A stretch of DNA of 64,000 bases from Clostridia bacterium (lineage in GTDB: Bacteria; Bacillota; Clostridia; Oscillospirales; CAG-272): contig JAGBTM010000045.1 of NCBI GenBank assembly GCA_017631325.1, positions 6,037 through 70,036 of the forward strand, written 5' to 3'. The position numbers and the translations under genes are program-made. Within the stretch, counting starts at the first letter, position 1. Every line of letters starts with the position of its first letter. Below the pieces are notes generated by a model, which was given only the letters and a program-made list of their open reading frames with translations, ran no database searches and had not been told where the DNA came from. Below are positions 49,938 to 57,512 of the stretch, piece after piece.

Positions 49938-50780
49938 ATGTCTGCATACGCATACTACAACGGACACTTTATGAAGAAAGAGGACGTCAAAATTCCCCTT
50001 ACTGACAGGACGGTATATTTCGGTGACGCAATATATGACGTGGTAATCGGAGCTGGGGGCAGGCTTCATCTTGGCGACGAGCATATACGAAGGTTGCTTT
50101 CGGGGGCTAAGGCTCTCGGCTATAACCACGGATATACACACGATTTTATTCTTGAAATTGCTGAGGAATGTATACGGCGCACAGGTGCTGAAAGCTATCT
50201 TGTCTACATGCAGATGTCAAGGAGTGCTCCGATACGCTCACACGGTGCGGGAGTGTGCGACGGAGTAAATCTGTTGGTTACGGTCGAACAGGCACCCTTG
50301 CCAAAAAAATCCGGGGGCATCAGGCTTCTTAGCAAGGAGGACAAAAGGTATGGCTTTTGCAACATAAAGACCGTTAATCTTTTACCTGCTGTTATCTACT
50401 CTACAGAGGCCGAGGCACTCGGGTATGACGAAACGGTATTGGTAAGAGGCGGATACGTCACCGAGTGCGCTCATTCAAACATTTCTATACTGAAGGATAA
50501 GCTATTATACACTCACCCTCTTAACAACAGAATACTTCCCGGAATTACACGCGCCGAGCTTATAAACGTCTGCCATAGTCTCGGTATAGAGTGTCGCGAG
50601 TTACCCTTCACTCTGCCCGATTTACTCCTTGCCGACGACGTTATAGTTACCAGCACGACAAAGCTTGTGCGCAGGGCAACCGAGCTTGACGGGGTGAAGC
50701 TCAAGGAGGGTAGCTCTCTGTTTTCAAAAATAGAAGAGGTAATGTTTGAGCGGCTTTTGTGCCAGCTTTATAAGGGCTGA
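49938..50780 (+). CDS. class IV aminotransferase (D-amino-acid / branched-chain type)
   Basis: DR...FGDAIYD, and the CNIKT.NLL catalytic Lys context. About 280 aa. Confidence 0.7.
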   Translation: MSAYAYYNGHFMKKEDVKIPLTDRTVYFGDAIYDVVIGAGGRLHLGDEHIRRLLSGAKALGYNHGYTHDFILEIAEECIRRTGAESYLVYMQMSRSAPIRSHGAGVCDGVNLLVTVEQAPLPKKSGGIRLLSKEDKRYGFCNIKTVNLLPAVIYSTEAEALGYDETVLVRGGYVTECAHSNISILKDKLLYTHPLNNRILPGITRAELINVCHSLGIECRELPFTLPDLLLADDVIVTSTTKLVRRATELDGVKLKEGSSLFSKIEEVMFERLLCQLYKG

Positions 50781-50879
50781 TTTTTGGTAATAATATGCAA
50801 TAGTGGGCGAGTATGGAAATAACGGCTGTTTTTTGCATCAAAAAAGTGCAAAAACAAGCAAAAAATATTAAAAAATCCC

Positions 50880-50908
50880 TTGAAAATCTTTTATGCGCGT
50901 GTTATAAT
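50880..50908 (+). promoter_or_regulatory. sigma-A type promoter of the hydrogenase cluster
   Basis: TTGAAA, 17 nt spacer with TGT (extended -10), TATAAT. Confidence 0.65.
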
Positions 50909-50921
50909 AATTGATGGCGAA

Positions 50922-50937
50922 TGTTAATATTTTCACA
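50922..50937 (+). promoter_or_regulatory. candidate Rex operator
   Basis: TGTTAAtattTTCACA compared with the Rex consensus TTGTGAAnnnnTTCACAA. It lies between the -10 element and the RBS of hydC. Confidence 0.45.
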
Positions 50938-50962
50938 TTCAATAGTTTCAGGAGGAAAAATT

Positions 50963-51460
50963 ATGCTGAAAAAGTTTTCAACTCTCCCCTTTGCCGGTAC
51001 GGCTGAGCAGGAGGCAAAGCTTAATGCAGTTATCAACGCAAACAAGCACGACAAGAGTCGTCTTATGGGCGTAATGCAGGAAGCACAAGAAATTTACGGT
51101 TATCTGCCCATTGAGGTGCAGTCCAAAATCGCTGAGGGTATGGATATTCCGCTCGAGAAGGTTTACGGAGTTTCCACCTTCTACGCTCAGTTCTCGCTGT
51201 CTCCCAAGGGTGAGTACAACATTTCTGTTTGTCTTGGTACTGCGTGCTACGTTAAGGGCTCGGGTGATATCTACAACAGACTTCAGGAAATTCTCGGCAT
51301 CGGTACCGACGAGTGTACCCCCGACAGAAAGTTCTCTCTCACCGCTTGCCGTTGCATCGGTGCTTGCGGTCTTGCTCCCGTTCTCACTGTCAACGAAGAT
51401 GTTTACGGACGTCTTGGAGTTGACGACGTTGACGGCATAGTAGCAAAATATAAAAACTAA
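50963..51460 (+). CDS. hydC: NuoE-like [2Fe-2S] subunit of a HydABC-type hydrogenase
   Basis: Thioredoxin-like 2Fe-2S pattern: C.GTACYVKG ... C.C.GACGLAP. Confidence 0.85.
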   Translation: MLKKFSTLPFAGTAEQEAKLNAVINANKHDKSRLMGVMQEAQEIYGYLPIEVQSKIAEGMDIPLEKVYGVSTFYAQFSLSPKGEYNISVCLGTACYVKGSGDIYNRLQEILGIGTDECTPDRKFSLTACRCIGACGLAPVLTVNEDVYGRLGVDDVDGIVAKYKN

Positions 51461-51495
51461 TTTTCCATGCTAATTGCATAAAGGAAGATAACAAG

Positions 51496-51849
51496 ATGAA
51501 AATCAATGAAATTCAGAAATTACTGGATGCCAAGCTCTACTGCGGAGAGGACGGTCTTTCCCGCGACGTAAAGTCGGTATGCGGCTCTGATCTCATGAGT
51601 GACGTGCTTGCCTACAATAAGGACCAGTCTATGCTTCTTACAGGGCTTGTTAATCCCCAGGTTATTCGTACTGCTGTAATGATGGATATGTTATGCATCG
51701 TTTTCGTGCGCTCGAAGACCCCGAGTGATGAGATGCTCGAGCTTGCTAAGGACAGCGGCATCGTGGTTATGGGAACAGATATGACTATGTTCACCGCGTG
51801 CGGCAAGCTTTACGCAGGCGGCATAGTAAACGATTTTCGCGTTAAATAA
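51496..51849 (+). CDS. DRTGG-domain protein
   Basis: 117 aa. GSDLMSDVL ... LLTGL ... the typical DRTGG-type small regulatory domain. Confidence 0.6.
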   Translation: MKINEIQKLLDAKLYCGEDGLSRDVKSVCGSDLMSDVLAYNKDQSMLLTGLVNPQVIRTAVMMDMLCIVFVRSKTPSDEMLELAKDSGIVVMGTDMTMFTACGKLYAGGIVNDFRVK

Positions 51850-52271
51850 TGAGCGAGGAATTGGTTTTCCGTTTTAAAGTTGACGGGGACGATTTTACGT
51901 CCGCCGGTCAAGCCTCCGTACAGGTTAAGAAAAATCTTCGCCAGCTGGGTCTGTCGGCAGAGGTTATAAAGCGAGTTTCGGTCGCTATGTACGAGGGAGA
52001 AATAAATATGGTCATTCACGCGGGCGGAGGCGACGCTGAGGTGCGTGTGAGTGAGGATTATATTGAAATTGTGCTTGATGACAAGGGGCCCGGTATCAAG
52101 AACATAGATCTTGCGATGCAGGAGGGCTATTCCACAGCGTCCGACACTATCCGTTCACTCGGATTTGGCGCGGGAATGGGTCTGCCTAACATGCGCAAGT
52201 ACACCGATTATATGGACATACAGTCCGAAATCGGTGTGGGCACCAAAATTGTAATGAGAGTAAATTGTTAG
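51849..52271 (+). CDS. GHKL ATPase / anti-sigma-factor-type Ser kinase-like protein
   Basis: 140 aa. E...N...H, DDKGPGI and GFGAGMGL boxes. TAATG overlap with the upstream gene. Confidence 0.7.
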   Translation: MSEELVFRFKVDGDDFTSAGQASVQVKKNLRQLGLSAEVIKRVSVAMYEGEINMVIHAGGGDAEVRVSEDYIEIVLDDKGPGIKNIDLAMQEGYSTASDTIRSLGFGAGMGLPNMRKYTDYMDIQSEIGVGTKIVMRVNC

Positions 52272-53564
52272 GTGAATGTAATGTATACTTACGAGCACTC
52301 AGTTCTTTTAGATGAGAGCAAGTGTACCGGATGTACGACATGTCTTAAGCATTGCCCGACAGAGGCAATCAGAATAAGAGACGGTCACGCAATCATCAAC
52401 CCTAATAGATGTATTGACTGCGGTGAATGCATCAGAGTCTGTCCGCACAAAGCGAAAAAAGCTGTATGCTCAAAGCTTCCAGACATGGACAGATTTAAGT
52501 GGAAGATTGCTCTTCCCGCCCCTACTCTGTACGGTCAGTTTGATAATCTTGACGATATTGATTACGTTCTCGACGGACTTTTAAAAATCGGCTTTGACGA
52601 CGTTTACGAGGTTGCAAAGGCAGCCGAGCTTGTCACGGCTTACACACGTATTCATCTAAAAGATGAAAACGTCAAAAAGCCTGCTATCAGTTCAGCCTGC
52701 CCCGTAGTGCTTCGACTGATAAGCCTGCGTTTTCCCTCTCTCGCGGACCACATTCTGCACATGCTTCCGCCTATGGAGGTTGCCGCAAGGCTTGCAAAGG
52801 AGAGGGCTCTTGCCGAGCACCCCGAGTTTAATAGCGAGGACGTTGGAGTTTGCTTTATATCTCCGTGTCCTGCCAAGGCGAGCTACGTCAAAAACGGCTT
52901 TGCCTCGTACAAGAGCTACGTTGACGAGGTCGTGTCCATCAGCGACATTTATTTTCTTCTCATTTCCAAGATGCGAAAGGACAAAAATATACGTCCTATT
53001 TCCGAATCGGGCAGAATCGGTCTCGGTTGGGCCAGAAGCGGCGGCGAGGCTACCGCTATTCTCAACGAGGACTATCTTGCAGCCGACGGTATAGTAAACG
53101 TTATTCACGTTCTCGACCAGATGGAAAACGACAATATGCCGCCTCTTGAATTTATCGAGCTTAACGCTTGTACCGGTGGCTGTGTCGGTGGCGTTCTGAC
53201 CATACAGAATCCCTTTATAGCAAAGGCGCGTCTTCAGACGCTTCGCAGATATTTACCCGTCTCGCACAACCAGATAGATAAATCCGAGATCTCTGTTCCC
53301 GAGAATTATCTATTCTCCGACCTACCCGAATATCAACCTATATCGCGTCTTAGCGACAGCCTCTCGGAATCTATGAAGATGATGGGTGAGATACATAGGA
53401 TACGAGATATTCTGCCGGGTATCGACTGTGGCTCGTGCGGCGCTCCAACCTGTCGCGCGTTTGCCGAGGATATTGTCAGGGGTACGTCCTGTATCGGCGA
53501 GTGTCCTATCAAGGCTATTGCCGAAATCCGTGAGCGCGGAGGCTTGTCTGATGACTGTAAATGA
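52272..53564 (+). CDS. [FeFe]-hydrogenase-like (HydS-like, putative sensory) protein with two ferredoxin-type clusters and a C-terminal RnfB-type Fe-S domain
   Basis: CTGCTTCLKHCP and CIDCGECIRVCP. H-domain motif equivalents are SSACPVV, ISPCPAKASY and ELNACTGGCVGG. C-terminal DCGSCGAPTCRAFAEDIV...C..EC. Confidence 0.7.
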   Translation: MNVMYTYEHSVLLDESKCTGCTTCLKHCPTEAIRIRDGHAIINPNRCIDCGECIRVCPHKAKKAVCSKLPDMDRFKWKIALPAPTLYGQFDNLDDIDYVLDGLLKIGFDDVYEVAKAAELVTAYTRIHLKDENVKKPAISSACPVVLRLISLRFPSLADHILHMLPPMEVAARLAKERALAEHPEFNSEDVGVCFISPCPAKASYVKNGFASYKSYVDEVVSISDIYFLLISKMRKDKNIRPISESGRIGLGWARSGGEATAILNEDYLAADGIVNVIHVLDQMENDNMPPLEFIELNACTGGCVGGVLTIQNPFIAKARLQTLRRYLPVSHNQIDKSEISVPENYLFSDLPEYQPISRLSDSLSESMKMMGEIHRIRDILPGIDCGSCGAPTCRAFAEDIVRGTSCIGECPIKAIAEIRERGGLSDDCK

Positions 53565-53877
53565 GCTTATTAGTACGGGTTATTTCAAGCCCGTCTCTCT
53601 TCCCTCTCCCAACAGAGAAATCGTCGGCGCATACGTTGGCGACCTTCTTAGCTGGGTAATGGGCAGAGCCGAGGCGGATAACGCTTGGATAACCATTATG
53701 AGCAACGTAAACGTTATTGCGGTTGCAACCCTTACCGACGTCAGTTGCGTTATACTTGCCGAGGGCGTAAGCCTTGACGGCGAGGTGCTTTCAGTAGCTC
53801 TCGAAAAGGGTGTAAACGTGCTTAGTTGTGAGCTGCCGTTATACGAGGCGGCTATAAAGCTCGGCGGTATGATATAA
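53551..53877 (+). CDS. DRTGG-domain protein (second copy)
   Basis: 108 aa from the ATG at 53551 (VGDLLSWVM ... VAVATL). Overlaps the upstream gene by 14 nt. Confidence 0.55.
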   Translation: MTVNELISTGYFKPVSLPSPNREIVGAYVGDLLSWVMGRAEADNAWITIMSNVNVIAVATLTDVSCVILAEGVSLDGEVLSVALEKGVNVLSCELPLYEAAIKLGGMI

Positions 53878-54611
53878 TGAAAAGGTTTTATTACGACCTG
53901 CACGTTCATTCATGTCTGTCGCCCTGCGGTGACATGGATAACACGCCTGCGAATATTGCGGGCATGGCGTCGCTATGCGAAGTTGATATAGTTGCTCTTA
54001 CAGACCACAATACGTCAAAGAACTGTCCTGCTTTTTTTGAGGCAGCGTCAAGATACGGCATAATTCCCGTTGCAGGAATGGAGCTGACGACCTCGGAGGA
54101 AATACACGTCGTATGTCTTTTTGAGACACTCGAGGACGCTCTTGACTTTGACGCTTACATAAGCACAAAACGTATTCTTATAAAAAATCGCGCGGATATT
54201 TTCGGCGAGCAGCTAATCCTTAACGGAAACGACGAGCCCATCGGCCAAGAGGAGCATCTTCTGACGGTGGCAACGACGGTTTCGATAGAGGACGTGCCGA
54301 GCCTTGTGGAAAAATACCGCGGCGTATGCTACCCTGCCCACATAGACCGTCAGAGCTACGGAATAGTTGCGGTGCTAGGTACGGTACCGAAAACTCCCCA
54401 CTTTCCGGCAGTTGAATTCAGCCGCGACGAGATTATTGAGGAGTATAGGCAAAAATACTGCATCGGTGATAAAATCACGGTTCGCTCCTCGGACGCTCAC
54501 ACGCTCGGCGATATACCCGACCGTCGATATTTCTTTGAGCTGCCCGTGGACAACTCCTCTCCAAGCGAGGTGCGTCGCGCCCTGATAAATCACCTTAGAG
54601 GTAAAAAATGA
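53877..54611 (+). CDS. PHP-domain phosphoesterase
   Basis: YDLHVHS..SPCG, ALTDHNT and an ..AH.D.. pattern. TAATG overlap with the upstream gene. Confidence 0.75.
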   Translation: MKRFYYDLHVHSCLSPCGDMDNTPANIAGMASLCEVDIVALTDHNTSKNCPAFFEAASRYGIIPVAGMELTTSEEIHVVCLFETLEDALDFDAYISTKRILIKNRADIFGEQLILNGNDEPIGQEEHLLTVATTVSIEDVPSLVEKYRGVCYPAHIDRQSYGIVAVLGTVPKTPHFPAVEFSRDEIIEEYRQKYCIGDKITVRSSDAHTLGDIPDRRYFFELPVDNSSPSEVRRALINHLRGKK

Positions 54612-55165
54612 AGGAGCTATCGCTGAATATTCTCGACGTTGCCGAAAATTCGGTAAAGGCCGGAGCCGACTTGACCGAGATAATCATTGACGAGACGGCA
54701 CAAGAGCTTACGTTGACTATAAGGGACAACGGCTGTGGCATGAGTGACGAGGTAGAAAGAGCTGTTACAAATCCGTTCTACACCACCCGCACGACAAGAA
54801 AGGTGGGACTTGGAGTTCCTCTTTTAAAGCTTGCGGCCGAGCAGTGCGGCGGCTCGCTGACGATAGAGTCAAAAACCTCGCTTGAAAGTCCCACGAAGCA
54901 CGGCACAACGCTTGTTGCGACATTCAACAAGGAGCATATTGATTTCACACCGCTGGGTGACGTCGTATCAACTATTCAAACTCTGATACAGGGACACCCC
55001 GAGATCGATTTTCTATTCGTTCACAGCATCGGCACAGAGCGGGTCACGCTAGATACAAGAGAGATGCGAGAGGTCCTCGGAGACCTTCCGCTTAACTCGT
55101 ACGAGGTTATCCTCTGGGTACGCGAGGCGCTTTTGGAGCAGTACGCACAAATCGGCAAATCATAG
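54608..55165 (+). CDS. GHKL-type ATPase (histidine-kinase-like ATPase domain only)
   Basis: NILDVAENSV.AGA (N box), RDNGCGM (G1) and GLGVPLL (G2). No H box or HisKA domain. ATGA overlap with the upstream gene. Confidence 0.7.
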   Translation: MKELSLNILDVAENSVKAGADLTEIIIDETAQELTLTIRDNGCGMSDEVERAVTNPFYTTRTTRKVGLGVPLLKLAAEQCGGSLTIESKTSLESPTKHGTTLVATFNKEHIDFTPLGDVVSTIQTLIQGHPEIDFLFVHSIGTERVTLDTREMREVLGDLPLNSYEVILWVREALLEQYAQIGKS

Positions 55166-55182
55166 GGCGAAATTTTGTAGCT

Positions 55183-55242
55183 CGTATATTTTACCGTTCG
55201 TATTTTACCGTTCGCATATTTTAACGTTCATAATTTTCGTTC
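55183..55242 (+). repeat. four tandem 13-17 bp repeats (TATTTTACCGTTC core) upstream of hydD-hydB-hydA
   Basis: cgtatattttaccgttc / gtattttaccgttc / gcatattttaacgttc / ataattttcgttc. Confidence 0.8.
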
Positions 55243-55287
55243 ATATTTAAATAAATATAAAATGTAGCAAAAGGAAAGGAAAAGACT

Positions 55288-55656
55288 ATGAAATCTTTGG
55301 CTGAACTTAAAGCAATCAAAGACAGAATGAAGGACAAGGTTGTTCTTCGTGAGGGTACGGGCAACGTTCGTGTTGTCGTAGGTATGGCTACCTGCGGTAT
55401 TGCGGCCGGCGCGCGTCCCGTTCTCAACGCTTTCGTTGAGGCAGTAAACAAAGAGGGCCTTACCGACAAGGTCACCGTTACTCAGACAGGCTGTGTAGGA
55501 CTTTGCCAGCTTGAGCCCCTCGTTGAAATCTACGAGGCAGGCAAGGAAAAGGTTACCTACATCAAAATGACTGCAGAAAAGGCGCAGACCGTTGTTGAAA
55601 AGCACCTTAAAGGCGGCAATATAGTAACCGAGTTTACGGTTGCTGAGGCTAAGTAA
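55288..55656 (+). CDS. thioredoxin-like [2Fe-2S] ferredoxin (HydD-like small subunit)
   Basis: 122 aa. Cys pattern: C.IAAGA ... TGCVGLC. Confidence 0.75.
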   Translation: MKSLAELKAIKDRMKDKVVLREGTGNVRVVVGMATCGIAAGARPVLNAFVEAVNKEGLTDKVTVTQTGCVGLCQLEPLVEIYEAGKEKVTYIKMTAEKAQTVVEKHLKGGNIVTEFTVAEAK

Positions 55657-55673
55657 TTAGGAGGTAAGACAAA

Positions 55674-57494
55674 ATGATTCGTACACATGTTCTGGTTTGT
55701 GGCGGTACAGGCTGTACCTCCTCAGGCAGTCAGGCAGTTCAGGCGGCCTTCACCGAGAATATCGAGGCTTACGGCCTTAGCGAAGAGGTTAAGCTCGTTC
55801 AGACGGGTTGCTTCGGTCTTTGCGCACTCGGTCCTGTCGTTATTATCTATCCCGAGGGCACCTTTTACAGCCGTGTAACCCCCGAGGACGTAAAGGAAAT
55901 CGTTGAGGAGCATCTTCTCAAGGGTAGAATTGTTGAGCGTCTCGTTTACGCTGACACCGGTGCTGAGGAAATAGTTGACAAAGCAAGCGTTTCCCTTGGT
56001 GATACCGCATTCTACAAGACCCAGAAGCGTATAGTTCTTCGTAACTGCGGTGTTATCGACCCCGACAGCATCGATGAGTATATTGCTATGGACGGCTACG
56101 CAGCGCTCGGTAAGGTTCTCACCGAGATGACTCCCGAGGACGTTATCAAGGTAGTTACAGATTCCGGTCTTCGCGGCAGAGGAGGCGGCGGCTTCCCCAC
56201 CGGACGCAAGTGGGCTCTCTGTGCACCTAACAAGGCGCCTCAGAAGTACGTAGTATGTAACGCCGACGAGGGCGACCCCGGTGCTTTCATGGACCGTTCT
56301 ATTCTCGAGGGTGACCCCCACTCCATTATCGAGGCTATGACCATCTGCGGTTACGCTATCGGCGCAACCAAGGGCTACGTTTACGTAAGAGCCGAGTATC
56401 CTATCGCAGTAAGACGTCTTCAGAAGGCTATCGACGACGCTAACGCATACGGCCTTCTCGGCAAGAACATATTCAACTCGGGCTTTGATTTCGACCTTGA
56501 AATCAGACTTGGCGCAGGCGCATTCGTCTGCGGTGAGGAAACCGCTCTTATGACCTCTATCGAGGGTAACCGCGGTGAGCCCAGACCCCGTCCTCCCTAT
56601 CCTGCAGTAAAGGGACTTTACAACTCTCCCACCGTTGAAAACAACGTTGAGACCTTTGCTAATATTCCCCAGATTATACTTAACGGCGTTGAATGGTTCA
56701 CCTCTATGGGTACCGAAAAATCCAAGGGTACTAAGGTATTCGCACTCGGCGGTAAGATTGAGCACACGGGTCTTGTTGAAATTCCTATGGGTACTACCCT
56801 TCGTGAGATTGTTTATGACATCGGTGGCGGTATTCCCGACGGAAAGCAGTTCAAGGCGGCTCAGACCGGAGGTCCTTCCGGCGGTTGTATCCCTGCAAGC
56901 CTTATCGACACAGAGGTTGACTACGATAACCTCACTGCTATCGGCTGTATGATGGGCTCGGGTGGTCTTATCGTCATGGACGAGGACACCTGTATGGTTG
57001 ATATGGCTAAGTTCTTCCTTGAGTTCACGGTTGACGAGTCCTGTGGTAAGTGTACTCCCTGCCGCGTAGGTACTAAGCGTCTTCTTGAGCTTCTTGATAA
57101 GATTACCGACGGTAAGGGAACGCTTGAGGATATAGACAAGCTTGAAAACCTTTGTAACTATATCAAGGCTAACTCGCTTTGCGGTCTTGGACAGACGGCT
57201 CCTAACCCCGTGCTTGCAACTCTAAAGTTCTTCCGCGAGGAGTATATCGCTCACGTTGTGGACAAGAAGTGCCCTGCCGGCGTATGTAAGAACCTTCTTT
57301 CCTTCACCATTGACAAGGACAAGTGTATCGGCTGTGGCAAGTGCGCTAAGAACTGCCCTGTTGATACTATCGTCAAGACCGATTACGTTGCTCCCGGACA
57401 CAAGCTTGCTTCTTACTCTATCGAGCAGGCTAAGTGCATTAAGTGCGGCGCTTGTATGAGCGGCTGTAAGTTCGGCGCAATAATCAAGAAGTAA
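55674..57494 (+). CDS. hydB: NuoF-like FMN/NAD(H)-binding subunit of the bifurcating hydrogenase
   Basis: GRGGGGFPTG.KW, CNADEGDPGAF, ESCGKCTPCR and two C-terminal ferredoxin motifs. Confidence 0.9.
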   Translation: MIRTHVLVCGGTGCTSSGSQAVQAAFTENIEAYGLSEEVKLVQTGCFGLCALGPVVIIYPEGTFYSRVTPEDVKEIVEEHLLKGRIVERLVYADTGAEEIVDKASVSLGDTAFYKTQKRIVLRNCGVIDPDSIDEYIAMDGYAALGKVLTEMTPEDVIKVVTDSGLRGRGGGGFPTGRKWALCAPNKAPQKYVVCNADEGDPGAFMDRSILEGDPHSIIEAMTICGYAIGATKGYVYVRAEYPIAVRRLQKAIDDANAYGLLGKNIFNSGFDFDLEIRLGAGAFVCGEETALMTSIEGNRGEPRPRPPYPAVKGLYNSPTVENNVETFANIPQIILNGVEWFTSMGTEKSKGTKVFALGGKIEHTGLVEIPMGTTLREIVYDIGGGIPDGKQFKAAQTGGPSGGCIPASLIDTEVDYDNLTAIGCMMGSGGLIVMDEDTCMVDMAKFFLEFTVDESCGKCTPCRVGTKRLLELLDKITDGKGTLEDIDKLENLCNYIKANSLCGLGQTAPNPVLATLKFFREEYIAHVVDKKCPAGVCKNLLSFTIDKDKCIGCGKCAKNCPVDTIVKTDYVAPGHKLASYSIEQAKCIKCGACMSGCKFGAIIKK

Positions 57495-57512
57495 TGAAAG
57501 GAGCATAAACTG

